A stretch of 64,000 nucleotides of DNA. It comes from Lama glama (lineage: Eukaryota). Positions 1 through 11,707 of the stretch are shown piece after piece. Made by a program: the position numbers and the translations under genes. Under the pieces are notes generated by a model. That model did not search any database, was not told the DNA's origin, and saw nothing but the letters and a program-made list of their open reading frames with translations. The stretch is from contig CM052817.1 of NCBI GenBank assembly GCA_028534125.1, positions 39,558,001 through 39,622,000 on the forward strand, in the 5' to 3' direction. Numbering within the stretch: the stretch's first letter is position 1; each line of letters opens with the position of its first letter.

Positions 1-179
1 TTCTTCTCTATATTTTACAGACACAAACAGCTATGAGATATGGGTGAAATTTTGCCTCTTTGGACTTTTTTCTTACAAAATAGACACCTTGAGCTTTTTT
101 TGTTATTTTCTTTCTCTATCTCAAATTCAGCTATTCATCACTATCCATTGATAACTACCTCCATATTTGGAAGCCCAGG

Positions 180-592
180 TTTACTTAGGGACAGGATTAG
201 CACCTAGTAGGGCTGGCTTAAATACCAGTAATAGACAATAAGTAATAGATAACATTCCCAGGGCCATAGGAATCAGACTAGTCAATGAGATATCTACCCA
301 GGGCTTTTTCAGGAACAAGTAGTATTCCCTTCCCACTGTTAGGGTGAAAGTCTAGAACTGCTATTCAGCCTTTTTGCCACTGCACTAGGAACACCTGTGA
401 AGTCTACATGAAGAAGTCAGAACCAAAAGATGAAGACAGTATCATGGCAGCATCACTTAGCATCTTGATATTCTGTGGCTGAGACCAAATGTACCTGCAG
501 ATGTTCAAGTCACATTATCTGACGAATTCCCTTTTATCTTTTAACTAACTGGAGTGGGTTTGACACTAATGACAAAGAAGCTGTTACTAATT
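180..592 (+). mobile_element. Old MaLR solo LTR (MLT1J/K-like), degraded
   Basis: The 3' part '...ttcccttttatcttttaactaactggagtgggtttgacactaatgacaaagaagctgttactaattca' resembles the MLT1 LTR 3' end. Boundaries are approximate. Confidence 0.55.
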
Positions 593-599
593 CACAAGT

Positions 600-935
600 G
601 ATTTCTCACTTAATTTTCAAAACAACACTATAAAGCCAATACTATTATCCCACTTATGCATTAAGAAATTGAGACTTAGAGGGGGCAGGGTATAGCTCAA
701 TGGCAGAGTGCATGCTTAGCATGCACGAGATCCTGGGTTCAATCCCCAGTACCTCCATTAAAAAATAAATGACTAAACCCAATTATGTCCCCCCCAAAAT
801 AAACAATAATTAAAATTTTTAAATTTTTTTTAAAAAGAAAAAAATTGAGACTTAGAAAGAAAGATCATATATAACTTACCTTAAACTGGCAACCAGGAAC
901 TGGTAGAACCAAAATTTGAACCAGTGGGTCCAGGC
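600..935 (-). mobile_element. MIR SINE (antisense), split by a younger SINE
   Basis: 'actattatcccacttatgcattaagaaattgagacttaga' continues after the SINE as '...ataacttacc...tggtagaaccaaaatttgaacc', the reverse complement of the MIR core. Confidence 0.65.
681..841 (+). mobile_element. tRNA-Ala-derived SINE (camelid Vic-1 type) with 15-bp TSD
   Basis: tRNA-Ala(AGC)-like head with A box (tagctcaatgg) and B box (gggttcaatcc), a C-run and an A/T-rich tail. Perfect TSD aaattgagacttaga at 666-680 and 842-856. Confidence 0.93.
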
Positions 936-1411
936 AATCTGGTCTAGCTCCCCAGTCACCTCTCCCTTTGTGCCCACACTATGCTCTACACATTCTTCCA
1001 ACAGGGCACCAGGAACCTTTGATTAGTTTTCCTCTGTCTCTTCCTATCAGTTAGGGAACCCATCCTCTTATCATTAGTGGGGCAAATACTGAATAAATCT
1101 TTGTCAAATGCATTGACCTCTGCTTAACCAATTTCAGATGGAGATTTTTGCCCTCATCAAAAGGAATCATTTCTTTGCTCATGGACCATACACACTTAGG
1201 GTCAAACTAACTGGTTTTCTCCTAAACTTTTCAAGGCACATGTTAAGATCTGCAGTTACTGATGGTGTTGACCTATGACTCCACCCAAAATCACCTAGAA
1301 TAGAGCTGTGCCTTTAGAGGGTGAGAGTCTAAGACACGTGTCCACATTTAGTAAGACTTTAACAGTTTCAGATGTAACCCACTGTTCTAGTCACACAGAG
1401 TATACTACAAG

Positions 1412-1886
1412 TGTCACAGTTGTTTAGTTGTTTTCCCACCCAAAACACCTCTCTCTCTCTCTCTCTTTTTCTCTCCTACTGTCTCTCAGCCTCAGAATAT
1501 GACCTTATTTGGAAATAGGATCTTTATAGATATAATTAGTTAGGATGAGGCCATTCCGGAGTAACATGAGCCCTTTATCCAGTAAGACTCGTGCGCCCAT
1601 AAGAGGAGAAGACAGACAGACACAGGTGGGAACTATGTGAAGACAGAGGCAGACATTGGCAGGAGGCATCTACAAACAAGCCAAGAAATGCCAAGGACTG
1701 CCGGCAACACCAGAAGCTCGGAGAAAGGAATGAAACAGATTCTCCCCTAGAGACTTCAGAGACAGCATGACCCTGCCAACACCTTAATTCAGATGTATAG
1801 CCTCCAGAACTGTGAGAAAATTAATTTCTGTTGTTTTGTCACCAGTTTGTGATGTTTTATTACAGCAGCCCTAAAACACTAATACT
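1412..1886 (+). mobile_element. MaLR solo LTR (MLT1C/B-like)
   Basis: Diagnostic motifs 'cctcagaatatgaccttatttggaaatagg', 'aagccaagaaatgccaagga', 'gcctccagaactgtgaga' and the end 'acagcagccctaaaacactaatac'. Confidence 0.88.
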
Positions 1887-3300
1887 GCACCCTTGGACAA
1901 TAAATAATAATATCTAATTCTCAGGGCTACTAAGAGGATTAGATGGCAGAAAGTATACAAAGAGTTTAGCAGTGGTGATACAGAGTAAATATTCAAGAAG
2001 AGGTAGCAATTATTATCAATAAATATTGTTAATTTCATTCTGTGAGATGGTAAGAATTACATGTTAAGTCTCACAGACAGAAACATTATGCCACCCACTC
2101 AATCTTTTTTAGCTTGAAATGTTGGTACACTTGGCATCTTCCTACTCAAGAACCTCTCCCGGCAGTGGTAACTGAACAGCACAGCAGAAGTTCTTGACTG
2201 GCCATTAAATTCAGCCTTTGGGGAACTCTGGTTGACATCATTTACATCTCTTTGTCTGGAAGTGGAAGAGGGACCTAGTCAATAGACATCCCTCACATAC
2301 CCCAAAAAAGAACCATCAATCTTGGTCTAGGTGACTGTCACATTGAACATTTTCAGGCAGCTTTTTCAACCTTGGAGGTTTGGGCAACCTGCCAGTAATG
2401 AAGATGTATTAATGCTTAATGCAGCTTAATGTAATAGGTGTCATGTTCATAATTTACAGAAGCTCTTTCTAAGGCATTAAATTCATTTATACTCCTTAAA
2501 AGCTACTCAATCGTGAGGGCTAAGTTAGTTCGGTAGGGTTTCTTTTTTAGGATCAAATGATATATAAATTGTTAACATATCCAAACTCATCCATTAGTGC
2601 ATGTGAAAGCAATAAATGTGCCAAAGTAGCAATAACATGATCGAGGAAAGTCATTGTGGTCATTAGGGCTGAAAGGGTTTCATTTATGGCCCTGAGAAAG
2701 AGAACGAAGGCTGTAAAACAGACCCAGGAGCTCCCGCTGACCAGGGACCCTGCCTCATGACGCTCAAATGAAAATAAAACAAAATGTGTATTTTAGGTGT
2801 TCAAAAGTGGCAACGGGTTTTGCCTTCTGTTTTATAGAGATGTCCCTCCTGTGTCCGTCCACCATTTTGTGAAAAGAAAATGGAATGGATTGATGAGAGT
2901 TGTACATCCCAACTGTCTGCTCATAGAATATTGATTGGCCTCCTGGTAAATAACTCTAAGCAAAACAGGGGGGCACGACTAATGAGAGCCCCGGCTTGTT
3001 GGACAGAGCTGGTAGGTCAGGAGTTGATAGAATTATAAATCCTAGCACCACGTTTCCGAAGTAGCCCCAGGTTCAACATAGGGATGAAAGGGACGTATAG
3101 CTTTGTGTATAAGATGAAGGCAACTTTATCTGTTATTCCATTATGATCTGCTGACATCCACTCATCACTCATTACTCATGTACCTGAGGGTCAAGTTCCC
3201 TCTCCTTCCCAAAAATATTGCAGAGCACCAAGGAACACTGCAAAAAGAGAGGTAGGAAGCAAAGTAATAAAATTTTGAAGTAAAGTTATTCTAGCTAGGT

Positions 3301-3449
3301 TAGTGCTTCTCCTTCATATAATTAGCATCTAGGAGTTTTAATAAACTAGCAATATCCAGACAATTAAATCTCTAGGGGTGGGGCTTGGCCATCAGTATTT
3401 TTTAAACACTCCAGGGAATTCTCTGGTGCAGCCAGGATTAAGAACCATT
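3301..3449. mobile_element. MER5A-like hAT-Charlie MITE
   Basis: 'ctctaggggtggggcttggccatcagtattttttaaacactccagggaattct...gcagccaggattaagaaccat' matches MER5A/MER5A1. Confidence 0.75.
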
Positions 3450-4029
3450 AACATAATGTCTAGGAGCCATTACAAAAGCTCTAAATGGAGACAGCATAAC
3501 ACAGTAGCTTTTCTTCTTACTTACCTCCACGTGTTGCCGGCATTCAGTGCTTGCCTAGGTATTCCCTCAAGAACTCAACAATCTGTTCAGGGCCCCTCTA
3601 CTGGAGGCTTCTGAACTCCAGGGCCCTCTATCCAGAAGTCACTTCAGTGGCTGAAAAGCTAAGGGTTTACAGCGGAGTTCATTCTCCGAGGAAAGTTCTG
3701 TAGTTGATATCGGAGCACTTGCCCCCTCAGTTCACAGAGCATGCCAGGTCCTGCTGGGGCTTTGGCCCTCACTCACCTGGACAAATAGCTGGACCAGTGA
3801 TCACCAGAGACTTTACCAAGGGAGAATCTGCTGAAGATGTCTCCATTAGCTCCTGTTTTGTCTGTAAGTAGTCAGGCCTTATCTTCATAGCAGGAGAGCT
3901 GGATCAGGAAGCAGTCTTTGCTGAGCAGAGTCTGAATGGGGCCAGGGGCCACTATAGGGGTGGGTGGGAGCTCTAACTGAAATTCAGACAGCCCACTAGA
4001 GGATCAGGGAGTAAGTGTATCTAACCACC

Positions 4030-4990
4030 TCTAATTAAGTCATGTCATGCAGCCAGATTCGACTTGGAGAAAGAAATGCCTACAGTAATTGCATTTAGTT
4101 CATTTTGCAGCCTGCTCCCAATCATAACTGCTAATTCAATTGTACGTTCATTCTGCCAGCTCATTGCCATTAAGCACACATTTAATTACTTCAATAAAGG
4201 ATTAATATGCAGCACACAAAAGGAGGGACAGAAGACTGTGCCAAAGCACACAGCTGCCCCAGCGTTTAGCCCGGAGATAAAACAAGAATATCATTGGGCA
4301 GCATAATCCTGGTCCAAATACATCATTATTAGATGAACATTCCAGACTTTTATTTTCATGCTTGTTATGCACCATTCCACATGCATATATTTCTGTGGCA
4401 CCAGAAAGAGCTGTAACAGGCGCCCGACAGCTCTCCATTGTTGTCTCAATCACGCACCGCGCCCACCCTGGCTTCCTCCAGGCTTGTAAGGTTGAGCTTA
4501 TCTCGTCTCCAGGCGAAGGCTTACAGTCCCTACATTACAACATACTGAGATAAGGGCCCTCGCTTGACATTGTTCCTGCCCGTGCTGCAAACAAGTGACA
4601 AACCTGGCATGTATAAAAAGAGAGAGCGAGAGAACAACAAAGCCAGAGCCCGGTCCTCCCGCCTCCTCCCAACACCACCTCAAAGGACAGCCCATCAATT
4701 CTGCAGGATGTACACAATCATTATTGTAGGGGAAACAAAGGCCAGTGTCAATTGTGCCATGTTATAAAGCAGTCCCTCAAATTAAAACCATGTACCTAAC
4801 TGCATCTGATGGCAGAAGCTATTTAGCAGTGATATTTTACGGAAAGGCAATGAAAAGCAATAACTGCTTTATTTAATGTATCTGTTCAATCCAGCTGCCC
4901 TGGATAGGCCTTAATAGAAGCTGTCGATCAATGTCAGGCCCTTAGAAATAACTGCACCAGACTGCAATAAACATGAAGGAAAGATAACTA
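4030..4990. promoter_or_regulatory. Candidate conserved non-coding element / enhancer
   Basis: No recognisable repeats. TAATTA homeodomain palindromes at 4032-4037 and 4183-4188, several CATTGT and ATCAAT motifs, and locally retained CpGs. Function is inferred, not shown. Confidence 0.45.
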
Positions 4991-5557
4991 GACCTACTGA
5001 TCAGCCTCTTGTTACCTTTCCTGTGCCCAAAGATTTGTCATTTGTTTACACGGCTCGTAATAGCTGGCTCGATGATTATCCTTGTGCCCACCTGGTATTG
5101 TGGTGGGCACATCAGGGTGGGGAGTGAGACAGGAGAAGAAGCCACGTTGGGAGGGAAGGAGGGGTGGAATGTGAAATGTAAGACCAAAAAAGTGAGGGAT
5201 GATGAGTTTGTTCAGGACACGTGAGGTTAAATCTCGTGAAGTGGGCATTCTACCACCCTTGTTAAAATGCTAAAACATCAGTCCTCCTTTCTTTACCACC
5301 TCCTGACAGGCCTTCCCTTAAGATTAAATAAATAGGGGGTGAATGTTTAGTTTCAGTGTCTTCAACACAAATCCTTGTGCTACCAGGAAGCCTACAGCCA
5401 GCACAGCCTCTACCTAACCGTGACGTCGCTGGCGCCTGTCCACCCACCCATCCCGAGTGCTGGTGTTGCCCCGTGCGCCAGCGTCAGCTCGCTCCAGCCC
5501 GGGCTACTCCCCATCCTCACCCAAGCTCCTCCACGCCTGTGTCCTTACCTCCTGTAG

Positions 5558-5749
5558 CAGAGGCTGGCCATCTACACCCCATGGGCCGATCTAGCCTAGT
5601 TTTATTGGAACACAGCTGCCCCACTTATATAGGTTTTGTGCTTGGCCTCCTGTGGTCGAGTGGTTCGGCAGATGCTAACTATATTGCCCCCAAAGCTTAA
5701 CATATCCCCCATCTGGCACCTTTCAGAAAAAAAAGTTTACTGACTCTTG
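5558..5749 (+). mobile_element. MER58A hAT-Charlie MITE
   Basis: 'agttttattggaacacagc' and the end 'atctggcacctttcagaaaaaaaagtttactgactcttg' are typical of MER58A. Confidence 0.75.
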
Positions 5750-6249
5750 ATCTATGTACAAATCATTTCAAAATATCTCCAGTCCAGTCCTCTCTTCTCT
5801 TCTCTTCTCTAGACCTGTTTCCAGCTGTCTCCAACCCCAAACCCTCATTAAGCTATCTACATGTAACTCATAAAAATCTAATCCATTTTATTTTTTTGTC
5901 CAAACCTAGTTTCCTCTGATTTGTATCTTAAGTGATGGTTTCATCATCCGTTTAAGCACCCAGATGAAAAAGCTGAGTCATCTTTAACAGTAACCTCTCT
6001 CTCTGCTCTTCTTCCCCACCCCCTCTCCCACCACCTTCCCATCAGTCCCAGCCTGTCCCCTCTGTCACTGAAATGTACCTCAAACACCTCTTATCCTACC
6101 TGATTGGTCACACTGCCCCCACCCACTGCTGCCCATTCCACCTGCCTGGACTTGTACACCCTCCTGGCCAGTCTTCCTGCTTCTAATCTCTCTGCTACCG
6201 TGGCCCTGTCAGAACCATCTTTCGAAAGCATTGATATAATTAAAACAAT

Positions 6250-6500
6250 GACAATTATTTATTTAGTGGTAAGTACCTCCCAGGCACTGTTCCAAGTACT
6301 TTCTAGTTATTTATTTACTCACCTAATCCTCACTAAACCCAACACGACAAAGTAGGTCCTATTATCATCCCCAAGAGGAAATTGAGGCTTAGAAAGCTTT
6401 TGTGAACTTGCCAAGGTTACACAGTTTGCAAATTGCTACACTAGGATTTGAACTCAAGCCTGTCAGTCTCTAAAGGCCGAGATTTTCCACACAACTATAA
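6250..6500 (-). mobile_element. MIR SINE
   Basis: 'ctaatcctcac...gtaggtcctattatcatcccc...gaggaaattgaggcttaga...acttgccaaggttacacag...ggatttgaactcaagc'. Confidence 0.85.
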
Positions 6501-7349
6501 TGTGTTTCCCATATTTCAGAAATCTTCGACAGTTCCCTATTCCCCACTAAATAAAGGCCAAACTTAATTCACATGTCACTCAAACTGTCACTCTTCCTTT
6601 CTGCAGATTCTCCCATCACATGCTCTCTCAAACCATTCTTGACGTGTTCTAGTCCAGGCGCACACCATGTGAGTATGCAGTGAACATGCCACCGCCCTGA
6701 GTGTTCCCTGATCCCCACAGCGACTGCAACCTCGCTAGCAGTAGAATTAATTTTCCTTCTCAGCGCTCGTGTACTGCTTCAGTCCTGCTATAGCATAACA
6801 CTTACCTAACCACTACATCTAAGTGTGTGTACCACTGCCTCCTCAGATAGGTTCCACATCTTCAAACAAAAGACAATTTCCTACACATATTTTTATTTTT
6901 CATGGCCAGAACTTAGTAAGCAATGAACAAATGCTGGTTGAATGTTTCCTTCTGACTCACACCTTTTCCATCTATTTTTTTATGATGGTTCCACCATGAG
7001 CTTTCAGAAGCACAAATATCAGATTGTGTGACTCTTATTTGGAAGAATTCATGCATAGTTTCTTCTTCATGTCCAGGATTTTATGGTCCAAACTCCTTTG
7101 CATGGAATACAAGGCATAATATTTACCCTAACTTCACCTTCAACGTCTCTCCCTCCCACCACAGATGCAGACAGCATCACCCACCCTGAGTTCCTGTACC
7201 TTTGCACATGCTTCTCTGTCTTTCTGGAGTGTCCCTCTCCCTCTTTGATAACCTCTGCTCATTCCTTATGACCCAGACCAAGTGTCATCTCTCCTATGAA
7301 ACTTTCCCCACCAGAAGAAAGTTGACCTTTCTTATCTTGGGGCTTCCAT

Positions 7350-7610
7350 ATAATAATGATAATAATAGTCCAAACTCACACAGCACTCACATAGGTAGCA
7401 GTCAGTGTTATAAGTACCTGAGAGAAGTTTCATTGTTTAATCACCACAAAAAAGAAGTAAGTACTATTATTATACCCGTTTTTTAAATAAGGAAATTAAG
7501 ACACAGAGACTAAGTTACATGCCCAAGGTCACAGTGCTACGAAGCTGAGTTCAGAACTTGAACCTGGGCAGTCTGAAGTCAGAGTTCATACTTTTCACCA
7601 TTACACTATA
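7350..7610 (-). mobile_element. MIR SINE
   Basis: 'gtactattattatacccgtttttt...aggaaattaagacacagaga...gcccaaggtcacag...gaacttgaacctgggcagtctg'. Confidence 0.85.
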
Positions 7611-9379
7611 CCCCATCACTATGTTTGGTCTACATGTCCTTCATAGGATCCAGATCACTCTGTATTTCGATTATTGCTCTAAGTGTCTGTCTGCACAGTC
7701 CTCTTCTATACGTGAGTGCCTGAAGGCACTCACAACTAAAGGGACATGTCCGATTCATCTTCGTCTGCCCAGCACCTCACACAGTGCCCAGAACAAGCCG
7801 AGACATAGTAAGTCTTTGTTAAATGACTTTATGAACATCAATGTTCTTCAAGAGACCTGAAGTAAGGTGATGATGGGAATTTTGATGATTCAGTGACGTA
7901 CTTGTTGATCACAAGTAAGAAAATGTAGTACTCAACAGATAAAACCATGATCCTAAGTTCTAAGCTTAACTCCACCTTCCACTTGCTCTAGGGATTGGGT
8001 GCGTCATTGCACTTTTCTATGCCTCCTTTGTGATAAGGACCTACTTTACCGACTTACTGTAAAGTCTTGAGAGTTTACAGACAATTCACTGTTGCTTATG
8101 TTAAAATATAAGAAATACAGCATTGCTGAATATTCCTTCTCTTCCTCACCATGAAGTGTTACTGTGCTTTAAGGCTGTTCTTAAGCCTCTTTTCTTCTCT
8201 CACTCACTCCTAACGTGATTTATTTAGTCTTTGGAAAAACAAACAAGCAAATAAACAACAACAACAAATATTACCAAAGCTGAGATTTGGGAAGTTTCAA
8301 TCCTAGTGACTCACTACTTATAAACCCATTAGTCTTACAGGTCTGAATTTGCATGGCTGCAGGTATACATGTCCTGTGAGGAAAGACTCACCTTGCCCTC
8401 TTTGTTTAGAGGCCCAGAATTTATTTTATTCTAGACCTAGAGAAAACTCTGTTATCCCCCTCTGACTGACTCCCTGAACTCCTCCTGTGAGGCCAGTGGT
8501 GACAGAGTACATGTAAGGACATTATTATGCGGCAGTCATTACAATCACTAGGACCTCTTCACAGCAGACAAGTGATCACTCCCTGGAATCGGTCCTTCTG
8601 TTGAAAAGGTTAGCAGTAAAGTAGAGAAGCAGACTTTTAAAAGATTTCTTTGCAAATAGAGGCTGAAATTGTAGGGTGCTTTGGTTAGTTGAAAGCTTTA
8701 TTTGCACTTTGGCCTTGGCTTGGAAGGACAACATTTTGGAGATTCTCTTACCAGTAGTTAGTCAATGATCACTAAGGTAATTGGGTTCTCTGATGTGATG
8801 GATTGGAGTGCCCGAGAAGATGTCACTCTCAAATTTAATTTCTCTGAGCCTTAAAGCACCATCTTTATTGGTCCAAAGAAAGACAAAGTCAGATGAGGAG
8901 AAGGAAAGGATACTATACAGGTTATAAAAATCTTTCATTTGTAAATTTAATAGGGCAAATAAAGTTTTGTAAAAGTGCTTTTATAACTAAGGCATCTAGC
9001 ATAATGTTAAAAAATAGAAAATTTAGATATTCTTGTTCACTTCATTGTAATCTAACAACTAAAGGCAAATCATTGTGATTCCTGTCTCATTTTGAAGAAA
9101 ACTTAGCAGTTCATTTCATCAGCAAATGAAATGAGGCAAATGGTTATGAGACAAGAATGATAACATGAAAATTATATGCTAGAAAATTACAAAAACTGAA
9201 ATCCCCTCAAACCTTAAAGAAATCAGGGCAAGTCTAATAGGAACCAGAGCTCAAATATCTTTTTTTAAGTTCACCAGCCTCACATTTATCTTCTATTTTC
9301 AGTTGGTTTTTATAGACATCTATGATGAAACTTGAAGAATGTTTGCTTATGTTCTTTTAGTTTTAAGAAACCTGCTATT

Positions 9380-10435
9380 AAACTGACAAGGGCTTAATTT
9401 CCAGAATATACAAACAGCTCATACAATTCAATAACAAGCAAATTAAAAAATGGACAAAAGACCTAAACAAGCATTTCTCCAATGAAGACATACAAATGGC
9501 CAATAATAAGCATATGAAAAAATGCTCAATATTGCTAATCATCAGAGAAATGCAAATCAAAACTACAATGAGGTATCATCTCACAAAGATTGGCCATCAT
9601 TTAAAAATCCCCAAATGATAAATGCTGGAGAGGGTGTGGAAAAAAGGGAACCCTCCTACACTGTTGGTAAGAATGTAGTTTGGTGCAGCCATTACGGAAA
9701 ACAATATGGAGATTCCTCAAAAAACTAAAAATAGACTTACCATATGATCCAGTAATCCCACTCCTGGGCATATATCTGCAGAAAACTCCAATTTGAAAAG
9801 ATACATGTACCCCAATGTTCATAGCAGCACTGTCTGCAATAGCCAAGACATGGAAGCAAACTAAATGTCCATCAAGAGATAATTGTATAAAGTTGTAGTG
9901 TATATATATATACTACAAAGTGTATACACACACACAATGGAATACTACTCAGCCATAAAAAAGAATGAAATAATGTCATTTGCAGCAACATGGATGGAAC
10001 TGGAGATTGTCATATTAAGTGAAGTAAGCCAGAAAGAGAAAGAAAAACATCATGTGATGTAACTTATATACGGAATCATATATGATAATATGACACATTA
10101 AAAGAATGACACAAATGAACTTATTTATGAAACAGAAGCCTGCTCACAGACTTAAAAAACAAACTTATGATTACCAGAGGGGAAAAGAGGTAAGGAGGGA
10201 TAAAACAGGAGTTTGAGATTTGCAGATACAAACTACTATATATAAAATAAACAACAAAGTCCTACTGTATAGCACAAGGAACTATATTCAATACCTTGTT
10301 ATAACCTATAGTGAAAAGAATCTGAAAAGGAATATATATGTGTGTGTGTGTGTGTACAACTGAATCACTATGCTGTACACCAGAAATTAACACAACATTG
10401 TACATTAAGTATGCTTCAACTTAATCTTTAAAAAA
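9380..10435 (+). mobile_element. 5'-truncated lineage-specific L1 (ORF2 C-terminus + 3'UTR, ~1.05 kb)
   Basis: Decayed ORF2 end ('atcagagaaatgcaaatcaaaactacaatgaggtatcatc'). The 3'UTR is shared with the copies at 14144, 42130, 57222 and 63022. Confidence 0.93.
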
Positions 10436-10509
10436 CTACTACTTTACAAATCCTAATAAATTTCTTCAAAAAAAAAAGTATTGTTTTTTTTTGGAAATTA
10501 CTTTTTGGT

Positions 10510-11010
10510 TAGATGAGAGAACATCATCCTGTACCAACATCACTTTAGGTCTGATATTAATTCACCTCCGAGTTGCCTTTCCCAATCACACCAACCACCA
10601 CCCTCAAATGTCCCAGCCTGTGCTATTGACCATGTGATATAGTTCTGACCAGTGAGATATATGCTTTTATTAGGTGGGATCTCTGGGAGAACTTTGGTAT
10701 CTTTTGGTTAAAAAAAAAGTTAGAAGATATATTTGGCTGGCATAGTCCTCTGCCAAATGCAGACATTTGGCCTGGAGGAACAACAGCTACCTTGTAACCA
10801 TGATGCCATAAGCAAGAGGATAAAGGCATACACAGAGGGAATGGCAGAGTAAACTACAGGAAAAGCTTGGTGCCTGATGCCATCACTGAAGTATCACACC
10901 AGCCTCATGTAACCTACCCCTGAGCCTCTTATTGTGTAAAATAAACAATCGCCATCTCTTTAAGCCACGGTTAGATTTTCTGTTACTATCAGCCAGACAA
11001 AGTGTTGATG
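10510..11010 (+). mobile_element. MaLR solo LTR (MLT1I/J-like)
   Basis: 'gaccatgtgatatagttctgaccagtgaga', 'cagctaccttgtaaccatga' and 'tttaagccacggttagattttctgttact'. Confidence 0.75.
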
Positions 11011-11408
11011 ATTAAAGCAAATGCTTGATGAAAGCATTGAAGCAGGGAGACAAAATGATAATAAAGTCACACATCTTTAGAAATACGAGCAAAGCCAAAT
11101 AAAATAGGAGAGCTGAGTAAGGTTTTTCAAAACACAAAAATCTAGCCCCAGATGGAAAGGTCCATCTTTCGAGGCAACACCAGCACTGCCTGGGTTCTCC
11201 AAGCGCAGGACTGAAGAGGCCCCTGAGACAGTGTGTCAGAGCATGGAGCTCCTATTACATCGTTTTGCATTTTTTTTATGGAAACTTTATAGTAACTTTT
11301 TAGTCAAAAACTGTGTGGTTTGGGTTACAAGGGGGGTGGGGTGGAGGAGGCTGGCAAGTGGAAAAGCTAAGGTTTCTAAGACCCGACTCAGTTTTTTCCA
11401 TTCTATTA

Positions 11409-11707
11409 TAGTTGGCTCTCAGTATCTGAGGAATCCACATCTGCAGATTCAACCAACCTTGCATGAAAATACTTGGAAAAAAAAGTTCCACAACTGACTG
11501 AAAAGCAGAACTTGAATTTGCTACATTCTGGAAACCATTTACATAGCATTTACATTGTATAAGTAATCTAGAGATGATTTAAAGTATATGGGAGGGTGTG
11601 CATAGGTTATATGCAGATACTGTGCCATTTTATGTAAGGGACTGTAGCAGCCTTGGATGTTGGTTTCCTGGGAGTCCTGGAACCAAGCAGATACCAAGGG
11701 ATGACTG
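11409..11707 (+). mobile_element. MER2/MER2B Tigger (Tc1/mariner) non-autonomous DNA transposon
   Basis: Terminal inverted repeats (tagttggctctcagtatct ... agataccaagggatgactg), TA TSDs at 11407-11408 and 11708-11709, and the internal 'taagtaatctagagatgatttaaagtata' motif. Confidence 0.88.

Larger units (their letters stand above)
5770..7835 (+). mobile_element. L2 LINE 3' fragments interrupted by two MIRs
   Basis: Pyrimidine-rich L2-like sequence ('aagctgagtcatcttt', 'cctgcctggacttgtacaccctcctggccagtcttcctgc') and L2 3' ends ('aaatgctggttgaatg', 'tttgttaaatga'). Confidence 0.6.

Noticed and set aside
686..757. Apparent tRNA-Ala(AGC) genes (also at ~18340, ~31745 and ~55090)
   Set aside because: Each has substitutions or indels that disrupt stems or the anticodon loop and an A-rich tail, and three have TSDs. 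They are SINE copies, not tRNA genes.
3777..3861. Possible 85-nt minus-strand exon with a perfect CAG|GTGAGT donor
   Set aside because: The acceptor has almost no polypyrimidine tract, the open frames resemble no protein I recognise, and isolated donor consensus matches are expected by chance in 64 kb.
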